Assembly (NCBI RefSeq): GCF_963921235.1
Contig: NC_086109.1
Coordinates: 13,952,001 to 14,016,000 of the forward strand
Length of the DNA: 64,000 bases
Source: Mobula hypostoma
Taxonomy: Eukaryota
Direction: 5' to 3'
Shown: piece by piece, positions 48,740-59,462 of the stretch
Numbering within the stretch: the stretch's first letter is position 1
How the letters are laid out: each line of letters opens with the position of its first letter
The notes under the pieces: generated by a model
Told to the model about the DNA's origin: nothing
What the model saw: the letters and a program-made list of their open reading frames with translations, nothing else
The model's database searches: none
Made by a program: the position numbers and the translations under genes

Positions 48740-49030
48740 TATTAGCTTTATTTGTCACATATACATCAGAAACATACAGTGAAATATGTTGTTTGCATCA
48801 ACGACCAGGTCAGTCCAAGGATGAGCTGAGGGCGGCCTGCAAGTGCTGTCATGCTTCTGGCCCCAATGTAGCGCACAACTCACTAACCCTAACCTGTACG
48901 TCTTTGGAAAGTGGGAGGAAACCGGAGCACCCGGAGGAAATCCATGTGCTCACGGGGAAAACATACAAACTCCTTACACTCAGACACGGAATGAAAGACA
49001 GGTTGCTGGCGCTTTATGCTTACTGCTACA
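48740..49030 (-). mobile_element. V-domain SINE with Rex1-like tail
   Basis: gtgggaggaaaccggagcacccggaggaaatcc plus tail gatgtatatgtgacaaataaagctaat. Confidence 0.78.
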
Positions 49031-49094
49031 CTTCCAATCAGGTTCACTGAAATCCGTCCTTGCCTAACTTGATCCAATAAGTGATCCCAGACAC

Positions 49095-49535
49095 GTCTAC
49101 AAGGTGCCCTGCCTCAGGACAGCAGCGTCCATCATCAAGGGCCCCCAGCATCCAGGCTATGCTCTCTTCTCACTCCTACCATCAAGCAGGAGGTACACGA
49201 GCCTTAGGTCCCACATAACCTGGTTCAGGAATAGTTATTAACCTCAGGCCCCTGATCCAATGTGGATAAATTCACCCTCCTCAACACTGAAATGATTCCA
49301 TAACCTATGGACTTCACTTTCAAGTCTACAACTCATGTTCTCAATATTATTTATTTTTTGAAGTTTGCACAACTTTGTCTTTTGCACATGGGTTGTTTGT
49401 CAATCTCTATTTATGTATAGTTTTTATAAATCCTAATGTATTTGTTTATTATCCTTTAAATGTCTACAAGAAAATGAATCTTAAGGTGGTATGTGGTGCC
49501 ATATATGTACTTTGATAATAAATTTACTTTGATTT
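49095..49535 (+). mobile_element. Rex1/Babar 3' end and 3'UTR
   Basis: AASIIK.P.HPGYALFSLLPSSRRY.SL; tail tactttgataataaatttactttg. Confidence 0.75.
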
Positions 49536-51371
49536 AATTGTTGGAACACATCGGCTGACAGCAGCTGCTAGAGCCGTAGTATTGTTCATGATGAACTTAT
49601 TCAAGAACTACTTGGATAAAACTTCATTGGGCAGTGTAGTGTGATCTGCTGGACTGTTCAGAGGATTAACTGGGCTGGATACCTATCCCCTTTGCTGGTC
49701 AACTGTTAGGCTCAAATTCAAAATGGTGATTGCTAACACGGTGGACCTCCAAGAGCTGGTTGCAAGGTGGGAGTTTAGGTCTTGCAAAATACTTCACATG
49801 TTTGCACAAGCCTACTTGTCTTTGAAGTGAAAATGAATATTATTTGTGAGAATGAACTTCCCTTTCTATTTTCTCTGCATTAAATTGCTGATTTTAATTT
49901 TACTGCCGAGAGCTGTTTCCGTTTCCCTTCCAGGTTTAAAGATAGATTGAAAGTCTATCTCTGTATCCTTTACAAAATCTAAAATCTTCCCTTCAGAAAG
50001 AAACAAAAAACGGATTACATAACTTTGCTCTTAATCATGTTTGCTTTGTCAATAAAATCTGTTGTCATTTAACTAGTTCGCTCACTAATTACCTGGCCTA
50101 CAATATAACCTTTCCATTTACTCTAAACTATATTTTTTATTCTGCAAGGAGATTTCATAGTATGTATGGGACCAAACTCAGGTTAAAAGTTCCATACTCC
50201 TCCATTTGTTTAGATGCAAGAACTGTGTCCTTCTGTTCATCTCTCCTTTGTGTATCCATCAGTTCTTCTGTACAGATTTAATATCACTGGCATATGTCAT
50301 GAAATTTGTCCTTGTGGCATCAGTGCAATGCAATACGTAATAATAGAAAAGCAAAGTGAATTATAGTAAAAAACATATAATGGTTAAATTAAATAAGTAG
50401 TGTAAAAATCGAGTTTAAAAAATAGTGAGGTATTGTTCACGGGTTCAATGACCATTTAGAAATCGATAGCAGAGGGGAAGAAGCTGTTCCTGAATCGTTG
50501 AGTGCAGCTCTTTCAGATTTCTGTACCTCCTCTCTGATGGTAGCAATCAGAACGCGTGGACCTTTGTTATTTGCCTCCAGTAGTCCTTCAGCTTTTGAAT
50601 ATTCTCTGGGTCAGAATGCTTCCCCATAAATCTCTGTTGGATTAGTTCTGAAATCTATTTGGTAAACTTCATACCAACAGCTTTCAAGTACAGAAGGATA
50701 CTCTTTTGTTTGCTAAGGGGAGTCATTCTTTTCTAGATTCCTGATTGCTCCTAATGTACTTAGAACGTCTTGGTATTCTCCTTAACCTTCCCTGCCAAGA
50801 ATAGTTCACGACCTCTTCTTGCCCTCTTAATTTCTTCCTTAAGTACTATCTTACACCCTCTGTATTCCTCAAGGGACTTGTCTGCACGTATTTGCTGAAT
50901 CTGTCATTTTCGATTCTTCAGTAAACATTGTCATAGAAGGTTCCCTCATCTTGCCACCTTTGCATTTCACACTTACCTGAACATGCTGACCTTAAGCTTT
51001 TGCAGACTCCCTTTTAAAACACCTTTCAGATGTTGTTTTACCTGTTCCAAAACTACTTTTCCAAGTCTTCTTTTGAAATCTGACTCCCCTCAATTCCAGC
51101 ATTTATCAAAGTTCAAAGTACGTTTATGTCATCATATCCTACCTTGAAATTCATTTTCTTGTAGACATTCTCAGTAGGACAAAGAAATACAATAGAATCA
51201 ATGAAAACTGCACCCAAAGACTGATAAAGAATGTACAAAAGAAGAGAAATTCTGCAAGTACAAAAAATAAATGAGTAAGTAATACTGCAAACATCAGTTG
51301 TTGAGTCCTGGAAACCGAGTCCACAGGTTGTGGAATCAGTTCGTTGTTGAGGTGAGCGAAGTTATCCATGC

Positions 51372-51844
51372 AAACACGGGGAAATCTGCAGATGCTGGAA
51401 ATTCAAGCAACACACACAAAATGCTGGTGAACGCAGCAGGCCAGGCAGCATCTCTAGGAAGAGGTACAGTCAACGTTTCAGGCCAGGACTCTTCGTCAGG
51501 ACTAACTGAAAGAAGAGATAGTAGGAGATTTGAAAGTAGAAGGGGGAGGGAGAGATCCGAAACGATAGGAGAAGACAGGAGGGAGGGGGAGGGGGAGGGA
51601 TGGAGCTAAGAGCTGGAAAGTTGGTTGGCAAAAGGGATACAAGGCTGGAGAAGGGAGAGGATCATGGGATGGGAAGCCTACGGAGAAAGAAAGGGGGAGG
51701 GGAGCCCAGAGGATGGACAGCAGGCAAGGAGTTATAGTGAGAGGGACAGAGGGAGAAAAAAGAGAGAGAGAAAAAGGGGGAAAATAACTGTACCTCTTCC
51801 TATAGATGCTGCCTGGCCTGCTGCATTCCACCAGCATTTTGTGT
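51372..51844 (-). mobile_element. Penelope-like insertion with inverted terminal arm
   Basis: 14-bp TSD gaag(t/c)tatccatgc (51358-51371 / 51845-51858); arm 51787-51844 is inverted. Confidence 0.9.
51467..51504 (-). ncRNA. Minimal hammerhead ribozyme motif
   Basis: Minus strand UAGUC CUGACGA AGAGUCCUGGCCU GAAAC GUU|GACUG. Confidence 0.68.
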
Positions 51845-52036
51845 GAAGCTATCCATGCTGGTTTAGTAGACTGAATTGTTCCTGAACATGGTGGTGTAGG
51901 AACTAAGGCTCCTGTATCTCCTCCCAAATGGCAGCAGCGAGAAGAAAGCATGGCTTGGATGGTTAAACAGAGAGACAACCTTATCCCTTTCCATAATGAC
52001 ATTGAGTCTTGCAGAATTATGGACACAGAATTATGA

Positions 52037-52542
52037 CACCTCACTACAGGAAGGATGTGGAAGCCATAGAAAGGGTGCAGAGGAGATTGACAAGGATGTT
52101 GCCTGGATTGGGGAGCATGCCTTATGAGAACAGGTTGAGTGAACTCAGCCTTTTCTCCTTGGAGTGATGGAGGATGACAGGTGACCTGATAGCGGTGTAT
52201 AAGATGATGAGAGGCATTGATCGTGTGGATAGTCAGAGGCTTTTTCCCAGGGCTGAAATGGTTGCCACAAGAGGACACAGGTTTAAGGTGCTGGGGAGTA
52301 GGTACAGAGGAGATGTCAGGGTAATTTTTTACTCAGAGAGTGGTGAGTGCATGGATTGGGCTGCCAGCAACAGCGGTGGAAGCAGATACGATAGGGTCTT
52401 TTAAGAGACTTTTGGATAGGTACATGGAGCTTAGAAAAATAGAGGGCTAAGGTAAGCCTAGTCATTTCCAAGGTAAGGACATGTTCGGCACAACTTTGTG
52501 GGCCAAAGGGCCTGTATTGTGCTGCAGGTTTTCTATGTTTCT
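52037..52542 (+). mobile_element. CR1 LINE 3' part (same subfamily as 13915-14835)
   Basis: PHYRKDVEAIERVQRR.TRMLPGL, GDLI.VYKMMRGID, TRGHRFKV; matching 3'UTR. Confidence 0.92.
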
Positions 52543-52817
52543 GTGCTCTCCACCTGTCTGTTTTCTCTTCCTACCTTCAACCACAGTCCCTTATCTACTA
52601 GATCTTTGACATGAAGTTGCAGAGCTACAGAGGAGTAAGGAGAAATTTCACTGCTGCATGAACCCGATGGGCTGAATGTGTATAGAGTCAGAATTTGCAG
52701 CAGTCATTGGAGACTAATCTTGACAGGGTCACCAACCTTCACGTTAGTGGTGTGGTTTTCTAGTTTGCCTATAGTTCACTAGTTTACTATCGGTGATTTA
52801 GTGAACGATGTCTAAGG

Positions 52818-52897
52818 CAGGGGTTCCCAATCTTTTTATGCCATGGACCGTTACCATTAACCGAGGGGTCTGTGGACCCCAGATTGGGAACCCCCTG
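52818..52897. mobile_element. 80-bp hAT/Charlie-type MITE
   Basis: TIR caggggttcccaatct / agattgggaaccccctg; perfect 8-bp TSD gtctaagg (52810-52817 / 52898-52905). Confidence 0.92.
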
Positions 52898-52944
52898 GTC
52901 TAAGGCTACAGCAGGGAAGTGGACAAGGGATAGCAGATGCAGTT

Positions 52945-53160
52945 TATTTTATTTAAAGATACAGCAGTGTAACAGGCCAATGAGCCCACACTGCTCAAAT
53001 AAACCCATGTGACCAATTAACTTACAAACCCATACATCTTTGGAGTGTGGTTGGAAATTGGAGCTCCCAGAGGAAACCCACTTGATCTGGGGGAGAATGT
53101 GCAAGCGCTTTACAGACAGCAGCGGAATTGAACCTGCTGCCGGAGGATGGTGCCGGAGCA
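52945..53160 (-). mobile_element. V-domain SINE
   Basis: B-box ggttcaattcc and V-domain on the minus strand. Confidence 0.75.
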
Positions 53161-55329
53161 AGGTTTAATTGCCGTAGATTTGGACTTGAATTTAGGTGCA
53201 TGATGTGTTTTAGTTCTGGGCTCCTTTTTTGTTGCTACCTGAATTGGAGAGGCCTGCAGATAATGAACACTGAGCTGAACTGAATTATGCCTTTTGATTT
53301 TGTGTTTCACGTTCTGTGTTTTTGCTTGTTTTCTTTGTTTGTGCGATTTTTTTTTGGTGCATTGGGGAGAAGTTTGATGCTTTTCTTTGAACAGGTTCCA
53401 TGGTTCTTTGTTTCATGGCTGTCTGTGGGGAAGACGACTTTCAGGGTACTTTGAATATTTGGATCTACTTTTCCTTGCATTTGCCACCATTGTATTCCAT
53501 CTACCAGACCCTTGCCCACTCATTTCTGTGGATTCTCTACATCCTTTGACAATTTGCTTTTCCTCTCAATGCATTTGGAATACATTTCAAATACATTTAG
53601 GCAGGTCAGTAGTTAGGGAATGTTTAGAGGTATATGGCCAAATGCAAGCAAATACCATTAGCATTGATATAATTTGTTGGCATGGTCGAGTTTTTTGTTT
53701 ATTTTTATTTATTCGAGCCATGCTGCCCAGCAACCCCCGATTTAACCCTAGTGTAATCACGGGATAATTTACAATGACCATTTAAACTACCAACTAGTTG
53801 GCCAAATATGTTGCATAACTGAGACTATCACAGATTTTTAACAAACATTTTGTGAAGAATCCTGAAGAGGGTGGAGAGAGTTAGAACTGTCCACATCAGC
53901 AAAAGGTTCGTCAACCAGATGAGACGAGCTTAACTATCAGTGGTTAGTCTTTAGAACACACACCCGAGGGCAGTGGAAAGAAATTCAGTGGAAGCCCCTG
54001 GAACAACATAAGATAAATAATTGAAGTGAAAGGTGCAGTGATATGAGTGCCTATGGAGGGATTATCTGAGTAGCTTGAGAAATGTTGCTACCAATGGCCT
54101 CTTCCCGTCCCATGCAAAAAAACCCCAAAGTAATAATAAATAAATAATACTGAGAACATGAATTGTAGAGTCCTTGAAAGTGAGTCCATAGGTTGTGTAA
54201 TTAGTTCAGAGTTAACCAAGATTGATGGAAAGGTCTCCTGAAATCATTCTCATTGCTGAGATCACAGGATTTGGCTGAAAAGATGAGATTCTGCTCCTCA
54301 AAGTTCAAAGTATGTATACGCTATACGATCTTGAGATTCGTCTCCTTACAGGCAGCCGCAAAACAAAGAAACCCTAAAGAACCCATATAAAAAAGACGGT
54401 CAAACATCCAATGTGCAGAAAGGTGAAAAGAAAGAGGATCGTTATTAGAGAACGGGTGTATGGAGCTGGTACTGTTTGGCTAATTAGATAGCTATTTCAA
54501 AGGGTTATCACTGATACAATGGGCTGAATAGCCTCAACATGTGCTGTGGTGTTCAGTATTATTCCGCTGTGTAATACTCATGCCACATAAAGCATGGCAT
54601 GTAAGTGTTCATATCATCTGGCCTGTTTATAAACCCAGATAGGATATATCTTTAATGATCTGATGGCATCTTATTCACCTTGCTTTAGTTATACAGGGTT
54701 TTAAGCAACACTTCGTAATGCCATTTATGCTTTCTATTGTCCCAAATAATGTGTATAGTTCTATTCTGCCTGGCCTGCAGGTATTACAAATGCCTTTGTC
54801 TGTATTAGAATTGGTGGTGGTTCTCAATTGTGTCACAACACTATGGAGAAGATGGTCAATAATCATCATATTCAACTTGCCCTGCTCGTCTATGAAATCC
54901 AGCTAAGATTATGCTTATACCTCTATCTCAAACTATATGTAATCCTACAGCAAAAAAAACTTCTCCTTTCAAGAGTAACACCAGGGTTTCAAGACCCTAT
55001 TCAAGGAGTTTACAACTCAGGTTCTCAGTATGATTGATTTACTTTTTTTGTACTTGCACAGATTGTCTTCATTTAGACATCGGTTGTTTATGAATCTTCG
55101 TGAGTAGTTTTTCCATCAATTCTATTGAATTTCTTTGATCTTCTGTTAATATCTGCAAGAAAATGAATCTCAGGGTGGTATATAAGGTGACATATCGTAC
55201 TTTGATAATAAGTTTACTTTGAAGATGTAAAACGGGAACTGAGCATATCACTGAGGAGATGGTGCAGTGTGAAAGGTCATCAGATGAATCACGTTCATAT
55301 TCAAATATGCAGGTGGAATGCAAAGAAGC

Positions 55330-55490
55330 AGCACACACAAGATCCTGGAGGGCTTCTGATGAAGAGTTTCGGCTCAAAATATCGACTGTTTATTCCCCTC
55401 CATTGATGCCACCTGACTTGCTGAGTTCCTCCAGCATTTTGTGTGTGTTGGTCAAGATTGCTGGCATCTGCAGAATTTCTTGCCTTTTTG
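55330..55490. mobile_element. Penelope-like short inverted remnant
   Basis: cacacacaagatcctggagg|ttctgatgaagagtttcggctcaaaatatcgactg...ttttgtgtgtg. Confidence 0.75.
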
Positions 55491-56059
55491 GAATGCAAAG
55501 GAACCTGTTCATTGTTTGGCACCATGTAAAAACATTTGTATGCTCTGACTATTATCTCTATGTCAATTAATAACCCTCTCCACACCATTTTGCTGCTCTT
55601 TTCAGCTACTGTCCGGGGCTGATCTAGAGACGAGCAAGTTCTGATCTTGTAGCAACAAATGATCTGCCGGAGGAACTCACCAAGTCCCTCTGCATCTGTA
55701 GGGGTAAAGGAGTTGTCAGTGTAGGGTTTTGACACAACGAATACGATTCCTTTCTCCCTACTGATGTCACTTAACCCGTTGAGTTCTTCCAGGGACTTCA
55801 GTCTTCTGAACTTGTAAAACAGATTCATTGAGTGTCGCGCCTTGAGATGATGTTTTAAACATGAAAGATTTTTCATTCGTCCCACCCTCAGCCTAAATCT
55901 TTTATTTATTCCCTGACATAGATGTGACATGTTCCTGGCAAGTTTATTTGTTCCAAGTTATGTAGTTTTTCTACACAAAGCAAAATCTTTGATAAACTTC
56001 TCTTGATGGACAGTGGAGAGCGTCACAAAGCCAACGTCTAATCCAATTTACTACCTCAT

Positions 56060-57652
56060 TCAGCCGCTCGCCGTTCAAGATGAGGTAGTAAATTGGATTA
56101 GACATTGGTTTTGCAGGAGAAGCCAGAGTGAAAGTAGATGGCATCCTCTCTGACCAGAGGCCTGTGACTAGTGGTGTGCCGCAGGGATCGGTGCTGGGTT
56201 CTTTGTTGTTTGTCATCTATATTGATAGTCTGGGTGATATTGTGGTCAACTGGATCAGCAAATTTGTGGATGACACCAAGATTAGCAATGTAGTGGACTG
56301 CGAGGAAGGCAGCTGTGGCTTGCAGAGGGATTTACATCAGCTAGGAAAGATGAAAAATGGCAACGGAATTTAATGCAGATGGGTGTGGTGTTGCACTTTG
56401 GGAGGACTAACCGGGATAGGTCTTCCACAGCGAAAAGTAGAGCACTGAGGAGTGTGGTGGAACGAAAGGACCTGGGAATATAGGTCCAGAATTGATTGGA
56501 CGGTGGTGTCACAGGTAGATAGGGTTGTAAAGTAAGCTTTTGGCACATTGGCCTTCATAAATCAATATATTGAGGTCAGGAGATGCGATGTTATGCTGAA
56601 ATTGTATAAGACACTGGTGAGGTCTAATTTGAAGTATTGTATGTAGTTTTGGTCACCTGCCTACAGCAGCAAACTAAATAAGGTTGAAAGAGTACAGAGA
56701 AAATTTACAAGGATGTTGCCAGGTCTGGAGAACCTGAGTTATAAAGAAACATAGACTAGGTTAGGACTTTATTCCTTAGAACATAGAAGATTGAGAGGAA
56801 ATTTGATAGAGCTGTACAAAGTTAGATACAGTATATGCAAGCAGGCTTTTTCCCCTGAGGTTTTCTCCCCTAGGTTCACTAGGTTAACTCCTGGGATGTC
56901 CAGACTGTCTTACGCAGAGAGGTTAGAGAGACTGGGCTTGTACACGCTGGAATTAAGGCGATTGAGGGGGGATCTGATTGAGGCATATAAAATTATTAAG
57001 GGATTGGACAAGATAAAGGCAGGAAATATGTTCCAGATGCTGGGAGAGTCCAGTACCAGAGGGCATGGTTTAAGAATAAGGGGTAGGTCATTTAGGACAG
57101 AGTTGAGGAGGAACTTCTTCTCCCAGCGAGTTGTGGAGGTGTGGAACGCGCTGCCTCAGAAGGCAGTGGAGGCCAATTCTCTGGATGCTTTCAAGAAGGA
57201 GCTAGATAGGTATCTTATGGATAGGGGAATCAAGGGTTATGGGGACAAGGCAGGAACTGGGTATTGATAGTAGATAATCAGCCATGATCTCAGAATGGCG
57301 GTGCAGGCTCGAAGGGCTGAATGGCCTACTTCTGCACTTATTGTCTATTGTCTATTGTTTGGTGGGCTACAACCAGAGGTCGTGAGTTACAGGTGAAAGG
57401 TAAAATTTTATGGGGAACATGAGGGGCAATTCCTTCACTCAGAGGGTTGTGAAAGTGTGGAATGAGCTGCCAGCACAAGTGGTGCGTGCAAGCTCAATTT
57501 CAATGTTTAAGAGATGTTTGGATAGGTACATGGATGGTAAAGGTATGGAGGGCTATGGTTCCAGAGCAGGTCGATAGGAGGAGACAAGTTAAATGGTTTT
57601 GGTGTGGACTAGATGGGCTGAAGGGCCTGCTTCTGTGCTGTACCACTCCATG
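56060..57652 (+). mobile_element. CR1 LINE (RT to 3' end) with a younger CR1 nested at ~56871-57357
   Basis: PVTSGVPQGSVLG.LLFVIYI, SKFVDDTKI; nested copy has an open C-terminus and (ctattgt)n tail. Confidence 0.9.
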
Positions 57653-58389
57653 ACTGGAATGGAAAAACCAGTGGCCAAGTACTGAAAAGCCTACAAAATA
57701 TAGTGGTTCCAGCCCAGTCCATCACAGGAAACGCTCTCCCCACCATTCAGCACATCTACATGGAGCACTGTCACCAGAAAGCAGCATTATCGGTGACCCC
57801 CACCATCCAGGCCATACTCCCTTCTTGCTGCTGCCATCAGAAATGGTTTTGGCGTGGACTAGATGGGCTGAAGGGCCTGTTTCTGTGCTGTACCACTCCA
57901 TGACTGGAATGGAAAAACCAGTGGCACAATGAACAATGAACTGATTCCACAACCTATAGACTCACTTTCAACGATTCTACAACTCATTGTCAATATTATT
58001 TAGTTACTGATTTATTTTATTATTATTTATTTCTTTTGCCTTTGCACAGTTTGTCTTTCGCACATTGGTTGTTTGCCAGTCTTTGTGTGTAGTTTTTCAT
58101 TGAGTCTATTGTATTTCTTTGTTCTACTGTGAATGCCTGCAAGAAAGTGAATCTTAGGGTAGTATATGGTGACATATACAGTGCCTATAAAAAGTATTCA
58201 CCCATCTTGAAGATTTCATGTTTTATTATTTTACAACATTGAATCACAGTGGACTTAATTTGATTTTTTTTTTGATCAACAGAAAAAGACTTTTTGGGGT
58301 CAAAGTGAAAACAGATCTCTAAAAAATGATCTAAATTTATTACAAATATAAAACACAAAATAATTGATTGCGTAAGTACTCACCCCCTT

Positions 58390-59462
58390 CAAGTATTTAG
58401 TAGATGTACCTTTGGCAGCAATTACAGCCTTGAGTCTGTGTGGATAGGTCTCTCAGATGCTGCCTGGCCTGCTGCGTTCACCAGCAACTTTTATGTGTGT
58501 CGCTTGAAATTCCAGCATCTGCAGATTTCCTCGTGAATAGGTCTCTATCGGCTTTGCACATCTGGACACTGCAATTTTTCTCCATTCTTCTTTATAAAAC
58601 TGCTCAAGCTCTGTCAGATTGCATGGGTATCGTGAGTGAACTGCCCTTTTCAAGTCCATCCACCAATTCTCAATTGGATTGAGGTCTGGACTCTGACTTG
58701 GCCACTCCAGGACATATACTTTGTTCTTTTTTTTAAGCCATTCCTGCGTAGCTTTGGCTTTATGCTTGTGGTCATTGTCTTGCTGGAAAACAAATCTTCT
58801 CCCAAGTCGCATATCTTATGGCCTTATGATTTCCCTGTATTTTGCTGCATTCATTTAACCCTTTACCTTTGCTCCAGTGAAGCATCCCCACAGCGTGATC
58901 ATCAAATACACACCACCATGCTTCACGGTAGGGGTGGTGTGTATTTGATGATGTGAATGGCAAACATACCATTTAGTTTGATGGCCAAAATGCTCTATTT
59001 TGGTTTCTTTAGACCATAGAACTTCCTTCCAGCTGACTTCAGAGTCACCCACATGCCTTATGGCAAACTCTAGCTGAGATTTCATGCGAGGTTCTTTTCA
59101 ACAGTGGCTTTCTCTTTGTCACTTTCCCAGAAAGATGCGACAGGTGAAGCACCTGGGCAACCGTTGTATGCGGAGTCTCTCCCATCTCAGTCACTGAAGC
59201 TTGCAACTCCTCTAGAGTTGTCATTGGTCTCTTGGTGGCCTTCCTCACCAGTCCCCTTCTTGCACGGTCACTCAGACTTTGAGGACTGCCTGCTCTTGAC
59301 AGATTTACAGCTCTGCCATATTCTTTCCATTTCTTGGTGATTGACTTGACTGTACTCCCAAGAGACATTCAGTGACTTGAAAATTTTCTTGGATCCATCT
59401 CCCGACTTGTGCTTTTCAATAACCTTTCCACGGCGTTGCTTGGAGTGTTCTTTTGTCTTCAT
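58390..59462 (-). pseudogene. Tc1 transposase pseudogene
   Basis: MKTKEHSK..., [37 protein letters not shown]; frameshifts and a Penelope-like insertion. Confidence 0.9.
58454..58536 (+). mobile_element. 83-bp Penelope-like terminal fragment in Tc1
   Basis: 10-bp TSD ataggtctct (58444-58453 / 58537-58546). Confidence 0.88.

Noticed and set aside
49915..50060. Possible terminal exon (acceptor ttcccttccag, AATAAA at ~50051)
   Set aside because: Only a ~15-codon unrecognised frame; such signals are common by chance in AT-rich DNA.
51502..52278. Longest ORF in the track (258 aa, minus strand)
   Set aside because: Chance read-through of antisense CR1, Rex1 UTR and Penelope-like UTR; not a gene.
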